A DNA stretch of 60,258 nucleotides, from NCBI GenBank assembly GCA_016926265.1, contig JAFGOW010000025.1, positions 1 through 60,258 on the forward strand, read 5' to 3'. Positions within the stretch are counted from its first letter, which is position 1; each line of letters begins with the position of its first letter. The DNA comes from Deltaproteobacteria bacterium (lineage in GTDB: Bacteria; Desulfobacterota; Desulfuromonadia; Desulfuromonadales; JAAYDE01). Below are positions 22,630 to 32,590 of this stretch, one piece after another. The notes under the pieces are model-generated. The model ran no database searches. It was not told the DNA's origin and saw only the letters and a program-made list of their open reading frames with translations. A program made the position numbers and the translations under genes.

Positions 22630-23505
22630 TTACCGTGACGCTGGAGGCACCAACAGAACGACAAGCCCGGCAAAGATCAGGCATATGCCGCTGAAGCCTT
22701 GCAGGTGAAGGGTTTCACCCAGAACCACGAAACCCAGGGTTGCGGCGGTCATGGGCTCTGCCAGGGACAGGGTCACGGCCGAGGCAACTTGCACCGTCCG
22801 CAGGCCGCGAGCGAAAAGCCAGTAGGATAGGGCCATGGTCGCGATGCCGAGATGAAGGACCACCGCGAGGGAACGCGGCTGAAAGAGCCAGGAGCCGTCA
22901 CATGTCAGCAACAGTGGCGAAAGAAGGAGTGCTCCGGAGCAAACCACTACCGTCATGATAGCGTCAGGCGAATGCTGTTCCAGCAGACCTTTGATGACCA
23001 AGGTGTAGCTTGCGTAGGAGATGCCGGCCGCGACAGCTAAGGCGATGCCCGCAGTATCGATGGTGACGTTGCCGCCGCTGAAGCTGAGAAGCGCGCAACC
23101 GGCAATAGCCAGGATGGTGGCCAGAATCCACCGCCGGCTGAGCTGTTCCCGACGGAAAAATTTTCCCAGCAGACCCCCGCAAACCGGAGCGCTACCGATG
23201 CCGACAATGGTTCCTACGGCCACGCCGGTTTTAACCACGGCAGCGAAAAAACAGACCTGGTAACTTGCGGTAAAGGCCGCGGCCAGGAAAACCTGTTTCC
23301 AGTTCCAATCTTTAAGACGTCCCAGATCGCGGCGGTAGAGGGATAAAACAAGCAAGGCGATGCCGCCGACCAGGAGACGCAGGGCACCGATAACTCTGGG
23401 GTCGAACCCAGCCGGAGCAAAGACTTGTGCCGTGCCGGTGGTCCCCCAAAGGAGAGCAGCGCCGAGAATATACCAGGCGCCCGAAGAATGCTTTTCTTTC
23501 GTCAT
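22630..23505 (-). CDS. EamA/DMT family transporter
   Basis: LWGTTGTAQ, TGVAVGT, LSLAEP, about 10 TM segments. Confidence 0.92.
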   Translation of the reverse strand: MTKEKHSSGAWYILGAALLWGTTGTAQVFAPAGFDPRVIGALRLLVGGIALLVLSLYRRDLGRLKDWNWKQVFLAAAFTASYQVCFFAAVVKTGVAVGTIVGIGSAPVCGGLLGKFFRREQLSRRWILATILAIAGCALLSFSGGNVTIDTAGIALAVAAGISYASYTLVIKGLLEQHSPDAIMTVVVCSGALLLSPLLLTCDGSWLFQPRSLAVVLHLGIATMALSYWLFARGLRTVQVASAVTLSLAEPMTAATLGFVVLGETLHLQGFSGICLIFAGLVVLLVPPASR

Positions 23506-23911
23506 TTTTTCAACATTGCATTATTCGCCTGGTTTATTCATGAGGCTTGGTCGCAAAAGCGTCAAGTGTGGCCAAATCAAGTCAAGCCCAACAATCGGCT
23601 CCCGCCCGTCGGAGCTGTGCAGCGGACAGGCTACAGGCATGTCCACGCCGCACTTTGCAGAGTAGAGGGGGGCACGGTTCGAGTTGGTGAGCTGCGGCAA
23701 AGGTATTCGTGAATAATCCGGATTGAAAGTTCGAAAAAACCGCAGAGGGTTGTATTCCCTTTTTGCCCTTGCTGCAATCATTTTTGGTTTCGGATGGGGT
23801 GTCCTCGCTTTTCGTTTGCAGGGCGGTATCGGGACGGCTTTTTTTGTAAAGAAAAAAGGGGTTCTTATTAATAGTTCCGCAATGTTTTGGCGGTAGGACC
23901 TAAAAAATTAT

Positions 23912-24200
23912 GTAACCATTCAGCTTCATCTAAAAACATGAAACCTGATGCAACAGGGATAAAAGGGATGGAGAATGGTTAAAAAAGTAAATGGTTTTTC
24001 CCAAACTCCATTCGGTTTTGGTTTGCTTTGGTCTTTCTTCGCGCCTTCGCGTCTTCGCGTGAGGCAAGGTCTATGGTTTCACGCCCGCTCGTTTCACTCG
24101 CTCAAGACGCCGAGGCCGCAAAGGAAAGCATCCCGTTTTTCTTCTCTTTGCGGCCTTTGCGATCTTGCGGTAAAAGATCACGGCAATGGTGAATAGTTAC
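23912..24200. mobile_element. 289-bp MITE with 8-bp target-site duplication
   Basis: Ends GTAACCATTCAGC / GGTGAATAGTTAC, flanked on both sides by AAAATTAT (23904-23911, 24201-24208). Confidence 0.8.
24030..24178. repeat. Short-period hairpin repeat, homologous to 43425-43570
   Basis: TCTTCGCGTGA..CGCCCGCTCGTT.CACTCGCTCAAG..CGCAAAGGAAA..CTTTGCGATCTT(T)GCGGTAAAAGA shared. Confidence 0.8.
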
Positions 24201-24413
24201 AAAATTATTACAAATCCCGCCAAGCAATAATGGGAACCCCCCGTTGGAAAGCTTCCAGGGAAGTTGGCCCAGCCGGGGGTTGCTTTTCAAATGGTTGCAG
24301 GTAGGCCCGCTCGCCAGCATGGCCCAGGCTCACTGGGGCAGATCAATAGCCTGGCGGAGTTCTTCCGGTGAATACCTACCGGCCACTGAGGGGTGCCGCT
24401 GCCAGCGGCTATT

Positions 24414-24557
24414 CAGGCTGTTGAAAAACCAGAATTTGGACCCTCAGACAAGGCGCGATGGTTTTGAAAAGTGCAGCATTTACAACAACATGTGAGCATT
24501 TGCAAAATCTTAAGCAACGCCGCATAAGGGCCAAAGGCGCAGTTTTTAGACAGCCGG
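24414..24557. mobile_element. 144-bp MITE, copy 1
   Basis: TIRs CAGGCTGTTGAAAAA / TTTTTAGACAGCCGG. Second copy at 51716-51859; empty site at 12860. Confidence 0.85.
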
Positions 24558-24875
24558 CTAGAGGATTTTGCCGATCAGCCAATAGAGCAGCATCCCCACC
24601 AGCACCGTCCCCCCCAGGCTCCGGGTTTTCCAGGAGAAGACCAGGGTCGGCAGCGCCGCCAACAGCTCCGGCTTGCCGAGGCTGAAACTCCGGGCCTCGC
24701 AGAACAGGGTCGGCGCCAGCAACGCCGCCAGGATCGCCACCGGGATCAGGGCCAGCCAGTCGATCAGCCACTGGGGCATCCGCCGCCGGGCGAGATAGAG
24801 CAGCGGCAGGGCGCGGGGGAGATAGGTGACCAGCCCCATGGCGGAAAACAGGAGCAGGTAGTCGAAAAAGCTCAT
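24558..24875 (-). CDS. azlD: AzlD family membrane protein
   Basis: MGLVTYLPRALP, IPVAILAAL, TRSL..TVLVGM; overlaps azlC. Confidence 0.9.
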   Translation of the reverse strand: MSFFDYLLLFSAMGLVTYLPRALPLLYLARRRMPQWLIDWLALIPVAILAALLAPTLFCEARSFSLGKPELLAALPTLVFSWKTRSLGGTVLVGMLLYWLIGKIL

Positions 24876-25573
24876 GCCCCCCTCCGCGAACGCCTCTGCA
24901 GCAGGAAGCCGATGGTCGCGGCGCTGACCGCGGCGCCGACGATGTAGGAATCGCCGGGGATCAGCAGATACCAGGCCACGGCGAGGAGCGCCGAAACCAG
25001 TCCGGTGACGATCTGGAGCCGGCTCTTGAGCTGGAACACCAGCAGGCAGATGAACATCCCGGTCAGGGCGTAGTCAATGCCCAAAGCGCCTTGGGGGACG
25101 AACTGGCCGACCAGGGCGCCGCAGACCGTGGCCAGAATCCAGACCGCGTTGGCCAGATGGTTGACGAGCAGGGCCCGCCACCGCTCCCAGTCCCCGTCCC
25201 GGAACCGGGTCAGGTTGACGGCGAAGCTCTCGTCCGTGACGCCGTAGGCAAAAAGGGCCAGGAACCTCCGGCTCACCCCCTGGAGATAGACCGCCAGGGC
25301 CGAGCTCATCAGCACGTGGCGCAGGTTGACGACGAAGGTGGTGGCGACGATGGCCGCCACCGAGGCCCCGGCCCCGAGCATGGCGACGCAGATGAACTGG
25401 GCGCTGCCGGCAAAGACCAGGACCGACATCATGGCCACGGCCCACCACGGGATGCCGGCTTTTTGGGCCAGCACCCCGAAGGCGAGCCCGATCGGCAGAT
25501 AGCCGAGGCAGATCGGCCAGGCCGCGGCCATCCCCTGGCGCAGCAGCTTGTTGTCGCAATCCTTTTGGTCCAT
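24872..25573 (-). CDS. azlC: AzlC family permease
   Basis: PICLGYLPIG, FAGSAQF, VNLRH, TDESFA. Confidence 0.93.
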   Translation of the reverse strand: MDQKDCDNKLLRQGMAAAWPICLGYLPIGLAFGVLAQKAGIPWWAVAMMSVLVFAGSAQFICVAMLGAGASVAAIVATTFVVNLRHVLMSSALAVYLQGVSRRFLALFAYGVTDESFAVNLTRFRDGDWERWRALLVNHLANAVWILATVCGALVGQFVPQGALGIDYALTGMFICLLVFQLKSRLQIVTGLVSALLAVAWYLLIPGDSYIVGAAVSAATIGFLLQRRSRRGA

Positions 25574-25712
25574 GAAAACGCTCCCCGCAAACCCGGCCCG
25601 CTCCGGGCGGACATTACCTTACTACAGCGCCCCGGTTTTTAAAACAGGCGCCGTTGCCTCCAAGATGCACGGCTGCTATACTGGCCCACCCAATCCTTCA
25701 CGAGGTATGGCC

Positions 25713-26120
25713 ATGCCGGGACGATCCTACACCCTGACGGTGCGTTACGCTGAAACCGATGCCCAAGGGGTGGCCCATCACGCCAACTACCTGACCTGGT
25801 TCGAGGAAGGGCGCTCCGAGTTCCTGCGCCAGGCCGGGATGAACTACAGCGACATCGAACGGGCCGGCTTTTTCGTGGTGGTGGCCCACGCCGAAATCGC
25901 CTACCGCGCTCCCGCCTTCTACGAGGACCGGGTGACCGTGACCACGGTTCTCGACAAGGCCCGCTCCCGCATCCTGAAGTTCAGCTACCGGGCCGTCAAC
26001 CAGTACGGGGTGGTGCTCGCTGAAGGCTGCACCGTCCACGTCGTGATCGGACCCGACCGCCGCCCCACCTCCCTCCCCCCGGAATGGCTCCAACGCCTCG
26101 CGTCCCTGGCAGAGGGCTAG
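25713..26120 (+). CDS. YbgC/FadM-like acyl-CoA thioesterase
   Basis: VRYAETDAQGVAHHANYLTWFEEGRSE. ATG 25713 after GAGGT. Confidence 0.92.
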   Translation: MPGRSYTLTVRYAETDAQGVAHHANYLTWFEEGRSEFLRQAGMNYSDIERAGFFVVVAHAEIAYRAPAFYEDRVTVTTVLDKARSRILKFSYRAVNQYGVVLAEGCTVHVVIGPDRRPTSLPPEWLQRLASLAEG

Positions 26121-26123
26121 CCC
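26071..26123 (+). repeat. 53-bp direct repeat, left copy (thioesterase 3' end)
   Basis: Matches 31985-32037 with 3 mismatches. Confidence 0.9.
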
Positions 26124-26296
26124 GCCGCCAGAGCTACCATCTAAACTGGACGAGGATATTTTCGTCAGAATTGGCGGGTGGGGAATTGGTGGGCTTATTG
26201 GGATTGCCGGGAAGGGTGAAGCGCCCGTAGAGCGGTGGCCCTGAAGCGATGATAAATTGGGGGTGTTTTGGGTTCCCGGTGTGTTACATCAGGAAA

Positions 26297-28162
26297 TTAT
26301 CCCGCAGATTTTGAAAGCTCATCCCTGAATTCGGACAAGGCTTCAGCTTCAATACTGCGGGAGGAAGCTAGCTTTTGCCAATTGATCTCATCCCCCACGA
26401 GTTCCAGCAAAGCGACCCCACGATCTTTGAACCACGTGGTAACTTTGAGCAAGGGTATGCCATTTTGACATAGGGTTTTCGCTATCTTGACGAGCAAGGG
26501 TTCTTGGTTTCCAAGACAATCAATAATATATGCGACCTGTTTTTGAAGGTCATCTCCAAATATAAAGGGGGCATGGGCAACACAACGCAAGATGGTCCGT
26601 TCCGTTACACCCAAACTCCGGCGATGCCATAAAAAAACGGCACCACAAACCAGACGGTCCCAAAAAGATACTTTATCTGAAATTAGGCTTCCTTCCCATA
26701 AAAGGGCACCAAGCCCGGCTTCAATCAACGCCACACTTCCGAGCAGGGGATCACAGAAATCGCGTTCATACCGATGCCATGCTACCTCTCTCTGGAGCCA
26801 AAGGTCTCTCCACGAATTTTCCCATCTTGTGGCGGCCCGAGGTGACCATGCCAGAGCCCTACCCGCCCATTGGCCAAGCCATCCAAGTTCCCAATCGGAA
26901 GAATATTCCCCCAACCAGGAAGCGAGCTCTTCGTCAGGGGAAAATTCACCGCCTTTGGGTAAACAGAGGACACAAAAATCTTGCCATTGGCTTTCCGCAG
27001 ATGTCTCTTCCAATTTCCCGGGGTTACGAACCTCCTCGATGAGCATGTCGCCCAGCAAGCCGTGCCATCCAACGGATCGCTTATCAATCTCCATCCCAGC
27101 CAAAGCTTTTGTAGCAGCTTTCAAAATAAATGGCTGCAACGCTTCACTGGCTTGTTTCAAAGAACGCCGAAACTCTTGGGTGAGGTGTTTCTGGAATTCT
27201 AAAAGGACCTGTACTCCCCATGACCCTCGGCTACAGAGCACCCGAAAAACCTCTACAAGACCCGTCAGTATCTCCTTATTTTCTTCAAGGGAAGGTTTCT
27301 CTTTTCCTGCAAATGGAGGTTGAAAAATGTGGTAAAGCCCAGCCAAACCGACAGTAATGCCACACGCCTTTGTCCATCCACCGCTATCATCAAAAATGGG
27401 AGACGCTGTTTCAAACAGTTGATGAAATCTAGAGAAAGAGAAGTCATCAGGAAATTCGAAAAAAGAAAATTTCGCTGAAGGAAGGGGAAGTGCATCAAAG
27501 GCCTGCACCCACTCCGGGGCGTCGGCGCGCAGTAAAAGCACTACAGGATATATCGATTCCCGCAGGATATAGCTGTGCCAATTTACAACTCGCCAAACTT
27601 GGTAAGGATTTACTTCGTCGGCCCATGCTCTCCTTTCAGTCTGAAAATACCTTCGATCCAGGGAAAACATGGCCCGTTCCTCTCTCCAACCATCGGAGTA
27701 AAGGAATTTTCGGATATACGCTTCCCGCTGGGGTGCATCAGGTTCCAAGTGCTCGGCAACCCGCTTTTCAAACGCGTCAAAAAAAGCCTGATTGTATTCA
27801 AATACCAATGCCGCAAGGCCCACATCCCACCAAAGGGCTTCTGTGTCAAACAGGGAATCGGCTACAGCCCGGCCCATGAGAATAGAAGCAGAAGCATGCA
27901 TAGTGGCGGCCTCCCCACCACCCTGTGGATTGGCGGCCAATCGACGGAAGCCTTCTCGCAGAAAATCTGCCTCCCCTGTAAGCATCGGCAAAACGACGTT
28001 GAGCAAGCCATCCAGAGGCAACGTTGCAAAAGAGCATTCTTTTTCTACTAAATTCCGGTCCTGGCTAGCGTAGCCCAGCCACCATTCAGCAATAAGCGAA
28101 TTAAGTTTCTCCACTGCTGGAAGAGAGGCAACTAATTCTCTCGCAGCACAAGACACCTCCAT
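26297..28162 (-). CDS. Hypothetical protein (about 621 aa, Trp-rich, likely alpha-helical)
   Basis: Long ORF in low-GC island. ATG 28162 lies one base after the upstream stop. Confidence 0.8.
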   Translation of the reverse strand: MEVSCAARELVASLPAVEKLNSLIAEWWLGYASQDRNLVEKECSFATLPLDGLLNVVLPMLTGEADFLREGFRRLAANPQGGGEAATMHASASILMGRAVADSLFDTEALWWDVGLAALVFEYNQAFFDAFEKRVAEHLEPDAPQREAYIRKFLYSDGWREERAMFSLDRRYFQTERRAWADEVNPYQVWRVVNWHSYILRESIYPVVLLLRADAPEWVQAFDALPLPSAKFSFFEFPDDFSFSRFHQLFETASPIFDDSGGWTKACGITVGLAGLYHIFQPPFAGKEKPSLEENKEILTGLVEVFRVLCSRGSWGVQVLLEFQKHLTQEFRRSLKQASEALQPFILKAATKALAGMEIDKRSVGWHGLLGDMLIEEVRNPGKLEETSAESQWQDFCVLCLPKGGEFSPDEELASWLGEYSSDWELGWLGQWAGRALAWSPRAATRWENSWRDLWLQREVAWHRYERDFCDPLLGSVALIEAGLGALLWEGSLISDKVSFWDRLVCGAVFLWHRRSLGVTERTILRCVAHAPFIFGDDLQKQVAYIIDCLGNQEPLLVKIAKTLCQNGIPLLKVTTWFKDRGVALLELVGDEINWQKLASSRSIEAEALSEFRDELSKSAG

Positions 28163-28163
28163 A

Positions 28164-29855
28164 TCAAGGAGTTTTCCTTTTATCATGATGATTAGAAATC
28201 CATTCTTCAAAAGGGATGGTGCTTTTTTGACTCCAAACACTCTCGGCAGCATTTATGACCGGCTCGGGATCAGGAAGACGCAGAGCCAAGCTACCTCTGC
28301 TCCCGAACTCGTTCAGGGAAGAGCCAATCGCCCAGACTGCCCGATCAGAAACGATAAACCGGTCATGAATCGCCGCCTTTTCTCCCGGCATGACTTTGAT
28401 CTCATAGGTGGGAAATTTCCCGGCCAGTTTCCCTTTCAATTCCTCCAATGTTTTTCGAAGGGCATCCCCCTCGCATTTGTCATTATTGCCCTGACGGCAA
28501 AAAAATGAAATGTGTAAAACTTTCAGAAAAAACTGTAAGAGCCAACTCTCAGAGAACAGATTTTTATTTTTACTCGCGGCAGTAGTATCTCGTTCACTTT
28601 TTAAAAATTTTGCGGATGTCAAAATTCTTAGCGGGACTCCCCAGTCACGGACTGCACCAAAGAAAGTTAAAAAGTCCAGCGCACAAAAATATGGATCGAC
28701 GATCCAAGCAACCTTGGTCGCCCGGTTAATCCGAGACCGGATATACTCTCGGGCACGTTCGATCTCTTCCTCTTTTTGTTCGCGACATGAGAACTTCCCG
28801 GCGTCGAACCAAACCTGATCATACTTTTTAGCCTCTGCCTGCCTTTGCCGCCGTTGTTCTTCCCACTCTTGGGCACTGAGCTCGTGGTTTTCGCCTACAA
28901 TCATCTCCATTCTCTTCTCAGACTTTGCCTTCACTTGTCTCGATTTGTTCCGGACTTTATCTTCAATATTGAGTTCCACTCCGAAATCCGGGACCGCCAT
29001 GGTGAGATGAGTGGTGCGAAGAAAATTCTGCGACGCTGTGGCATAGAGGATACCCCGCTCTCTGTCATGGATCTCCGTAGCTACTTTCCCCACCCGCTGG
29101 CCGAAATCGAGTCTCGCCAGGCCCATCGAAAATGATGATTCGAGGGTAGCGCCCAACTCAGCATCAGAACATGTTACCTTTATCCCGGAGCAGGATTGCC
29201 CTTGCCTGGGATAAACTCGAAGTAGAACCGATTCTTTTGAGGCGTCTTCCGGATCTGACCAAAGACGCTCGTCAACCGCCCTGAACACCGGGTTCGGAGC
29301 TACCAGTACAGCACCTCCCCAATATTCAGGGTACTTCATTAGATCGAAAGAGAGTCGAGGTGTAAGCCACTGGGCGGATTTGGAGGCACAAGTTTCCGCA
29401 GAAACAAACGCAACTTTCTGCGGATCAAGGGCCAGTGCCTCATGATAACGTGGGCAAACCTGCCAGCCAGCAAAATAGGGCGGGTTGTTTCTGCCAACCA
29501 CTGCAACTCGCAAATGCGGGTGGAAATCCGTTTCCTGGCGAGGGGTCACAACAGCCTTCTCCATCGGCTTGCCACCGTCAACGATATTGATCAGCCTGCC
29601 TTCATCAAGTGCCACATAAAATCGGAGCCCCTCTGCCGCCGATCGCGTAACTTTCTGGTATCCGACACTCCATTCATCGTCGACGGCCTTCTTGTCCATC
29701 GGGGTATCGGCTTCAGGAAAAAATTCTTTGGGCAAAAATACGATGAGGGCAAAAAGGTGATGAATAACTTCGTTTTTTATAGCCCAGGCAAGGGAAATCT
29801 CCGCCTTGTCGTAGTCCCGCTTAATCAGCTCCAGTGGATCGTTCATTCCACCCAT
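28164..29855 (-). CDS. VPA1262-like protein with C-terminal PLD-like domain
   Basis: WIVDPYF..ILTS..IHDRFIVSD..WAIGSSLNEFG. Confidence 0.7.
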   Translation of the reverse strand: MGGMNDPLELIKRDYDKAEISLAWAIKNEVIHHLFALIVFLPKEFFPEADTPMDKKAVDDEWSVGYQKVTRSAAEGLRFYVALDEGRLINIVDGGKPMEKAVVTPRQETDFHPHLRVAVVGRNNPPYFAGWQVCPRYHEALALDPQKVAFVSAETCASKSAQWLTPRLSFDLMKYPEYWGGAVLVAPNPVFRAVDERLWSDPEDASKESVLLRVYPRQGQSCSGIKVTCSDAELGATLESSFSMGLARLDFGQRVGKVATEIHDRERGILYATASQNFLRTTHLTMAVPDFGVELNIEDKVRNKSRQVKAKSEKRMEMIVGENHELSAQEWEEQRRQRQAEAKKYDQVWFDAGKFSCREQKEEEIERAREYIRSRINRATKVAWIVDPYFCALDFLTFFGAVRDWGVPLRILTSAKFLKSERDTTAASKNKNLFSESWLLQFFLKVLHISFFCRQGNNDKCEGDALRKTLEELKGKLAGKFPTYEIKVMPGEKAAIHDRFIVSDRAVWAIGSSLNEFGSRGSLALRLPDPEPVINAAESVWSQKSTIPFEEWISNHHDKRKTP

Positions 29856-29919
29856 CTTCCACTCAGCACTTGAACGGAGATTGCTTCACCCGTTTCTATT
29901 GCCCACACCTGTTTCCCTT

Positions 29920-30579
29920 CTACTCATCCTTCAGGTTTTCCAGATACGCCACCAACTCGTGGACCTCGGTTGAAGGGTCCTCCTCGCCGGTTTGGCGGGC
30001 ATCCGCCAAAGCGCGTGCACCCCGGGTCTTGGCATCCGGCAGATTCGGGAGCAGTTGCAAAAAAAGCCCCTGCATCCCTTTCGAATATCCAGGCAGTTCT
30101 CCTTTCAGTGCATGCTCACAGTTCTGGGCCGCGGTCCTGGAACCAGTACGGAAGAAGGGGGCTCGGATGTATTTGAAGTGGAGAAGCAGCCAATATTCGA
30201 AGGCTGGGTTGGAAACTGCGGTGGAAAAGCCCGCCGTTTGCGCCTGGCTGCAAGCGTCGGTAAAATTGACATGCTCATCCCGATCGAATACGCAGTAAAC
30301 GCGGTCGTAGCGCTCGCCTTGTTGTATCTCCATCTTCTGCAACTGCTTACCGGTCCGCACCACGGAAACCGGATCGTTCCCCACTCCCGGTGTGATCTCC
30401 ACATTAGCGGTGCTGAGGCGAAAATGGCGACAAAGCTCACGAAAATAGTTCCGCTCTGTCTTCTCCCCTTCACAGACGACCAACACCCGGTCGTAAGGCT
30501 CCCGCCGGGGGCGGCGCCGTTTGAGGTCGGCGGCGCTGTGGCCGCGCCTTTTAGGAGGCACGTTCCTGCTCCTTTCCAT
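29920..30579 (-). CDS. rloB: RloB family (TOPRIM-like) protein
   Basis: VVCEGEKTERNYF, CVFDRD, SNPAFEYWLLLHF, PST. Start may be GTG 30561. Confidence 0.9.
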   Translation of the reverse strand: MERSRNVPPKRRGHSAADLKRRRPRREPYDRVLVVCEGEKTERNYFRELCRHFRLSTANVEITPGVGNDPVSVVRTGKQLQKMEIQQGERYDRVYCVFDRDEHVNFTDACSQAQTAGFSTAVSNPAFEYWLLLHFKYIRAPFFRTGSRTAAQNCEHALKGELPGYSKGMQGLFLQLLPNLPDAKTRGARALADARQTGEEDPSTEVHELVAYLENLKDE

Positions 30580-31858
30580 TGCCGCCCATGGCGAGATCGA
30601 CTTCCCGGAAATAGGGGAGTGCGCCGTAGCGCCCGGCAAGATAGCTGCGTTCCAGGTTTTCCAGACCTTTCCGCGGACTGAAATCGGTCAGTGGGAAAAT
30701 TCGGCTGGCCTGGGTATTATCGTCCTTTTCACAAAACCAGATCTGGTCACGCCGGAAGACATCCTGACTCAGAATCGAAGTTTCATGAGTCGAGAAAATG
30801 AGTTGGGCGTTTTTTGGGTTGGTTCGGCTGTCATGGAACAAGTCGACCAGAAACTTCACCAAATGAGGGTGAAGGTTGTCGTGGAGTTCATCAATCACCA
30901 GCACATACCCATGCTCCAAAGTATCCAGCCAGGGGCCGGCAAAGCTGAAAAACTTTCGCGTGCCATTGGATTCATGTTCAAAATCGAGCTCGACCTGCCC
31001 TCCCTGCGCAGTGGTATGCACGGTTTTGAGAGCATTGATCTCTTTGCCGGCGAATTCCTCGATAATGCCCTGCCTCAAAGTAGCCGGCATGTCGGCAGGA
31101 AGCTGGTGCGGATCAAACTTCCTTCTTTTAACGAGGAGATCCGCCACACCGAGGTCCGCAGCCCGCAAAAAGGCCAGCACCCTCTCCTTCGATGCATCTT
31201 TTTCGCACAATGAGGCCGTAAAAACAGAATCCAGACGATTCATGACGACATGCAACGTACTTTGGAACCAGTCGAAGATAGGTTGCAATAGAGTGCTGTT
31301 GAGTTGCACCGCTGTTGAAAAAAACAGTGCATTGGACCGGGTCGCTTCCTGCCAGAGCTGTTTCTGACCGGTCAGTTTGTCTCCCATCTCCCAAATGTAG
31401 TCCTGCCCAGCGTCATCATAGGTTCGGTTGAACCAGCGCTGCATGCGCCCCTTGGGAAAGGCCATCAGCCACTCTTCGTGAACCCGGTCCTGGGTAGCGC
31501 TGAAGCCGTATTGGTAGCGGGTATCGCTGACGAGAAAAACCACCTCGAATTCAGTCGGCTCCTGGTTCGTCGATTCATCGAACAGAAAAGGGGTCACCCC
31601 GATTTTCTCACCCCGCTGAGAAGCGGCCGCCGAGTCGACGACAACTTGCCTCATGACAGACAACGCCCTCAGCAAGTTCGATTTACCAGAGGCGTTTGGG
31701 CCGTAAATGGCGGCCGCCCGCAGCAGCGGCAACGAGCCCCCAAACTGCGGTTCAAAGGAATGGGTGCTGCCATGTTCATCCCCTTTGCCCCGCACCAGAC
31801 TCAAGGTCTGCCGATCGCGAAAAGAGCGGAAGTTTTTGACGGAAAATTGGATCAGCAT
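30551..31858 (-). CDS. AAA_21 / RloA-like ATPase
   Basis: FSVKNFRSF, IYGPNASGKSN, ESNGT, IDELHDNLHP, IFSTHE, RRDQIWF, YLAGRYGALP. Confidence 0.92.
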   Translation of the reverse strand: MLIQFSVKNFRSFRDRQTLSLVRGKGDEHGSTHSFEPQFGGSLPLLRAAAIYGPNASGKSNLLRALSVMRQVVVDSAAASQRGEKIGVTPFLFDESTNQEPTEFEVVFLVSDTRYQYGFSATQDRVHEEWLMAFPKGRMQRWFNRTYDDAGQDYIWEMGDKLTGQKQLWQEATRSNALFFSTAVQLNSTLLQPIFDWFQSTLHVVMNRLDSVFTASLCEKDASKERVLAFLRAADLGVADLLVKRRKFDPHQLPADMPATLRQGIIEEFAGKEINALKTVHTTAQGGQVELDFEHESNGTRKFFSFAGPWLDTLEHGYVLVIDELHDNLHPHLVKFLVDLFHDSRTNPKNAQLIFSTHETSILSQDVFRRDQIWFCEKDDNTQASRIFPLTDFSPRKGLENLERSYLAGRYGALPYFREVDLAMGGNGKEQERAS

Positions 31859-31984
31859 AGCGTGCCTCCTCTTCACTTCTTTTTTAAAACAATTTTTCGT
31901 CAATATTTGCAGAAAATCAAGAATAAATTCATATCAGGACCTATTTACAACGCAAAAATTGGAAAATGAGCCTTAAGGATATGC

Positions 31985-32037
31985 CCCTCCCCCCGGAATG
32001 GCTCGAACGCCTCGCGTCCCTGGCTGAGAGCTAGCCC
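31985..32037 (+). repeat. 53-bp direct repeat, right copy
   Basis: Matches 26071-26123. Confidence 0.9.
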
Positions 32038-32289
32038 CACGAAACCGACCGCCACTCCTTTCTGGTGGTCCTCACCGAAGCCGGGGAAAGCATTTCGCCC
32101 GCCCTCCCGAAACCCGCCCCGACAGCCGCCGGAATAAAGCTCCGCCCCGCCCTTCCCGTTTTCCGTTGCCCCGACCTCCTGTAACAGCCTGGAAAAACGC
32201 AATTTCCCGTCATTTTTTTATTATCGGTTCATAATTTTTTTGTTAATGTTATTTGGAAATACTCATAACAAGAGCCAGAGCGAACAGGG

Positions 32290-32590
32290 TGAGGTGCCCC
32301 CATCCTTAGGACAGGTTGACGGTAAGGTGAGGGTGGATCATCATTGGGGCCATGCCGCCATAGAGATTGTGGAACCGGGTTAACCGGGTTTGGGTTTCTG
32401 CCAATAGGCCTCATCGGGCCTCCGGTCGTCAAAACAGGGGCGGGCCCTTCCATGTTGTCATTGTGAACCCAGCGTTCAATTCCCTGCTGGACCTCGCTCC
32501 CGGTTTCAAAAGCATGCATGTAAACGCACTTGTTCTTCAGAGAGCGGCAGCGTCGTGTGATCATCACGTCGCCCATTCAGCGTCCTATGC
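32290..32590 (-). pseudogene. IS3-family transposase 3' remnant with right inverted repeat
   Basis: GR*MGDVMITRRCRSLKNKCVYMHAFETGSE resembles GRWMDNVFIERLWRSLKYECVYLHAFETGSE. TGAGGTGCCCCCATCCTTAGGACA end at 32290. Confidence 0.8.

Noticed and set aside
23586-23630. attC-like start (GCCCAAC..GCAGCGGAC)
   Set aside because: No matching GTTRRRY arm with proper pairing and no integron integrase.
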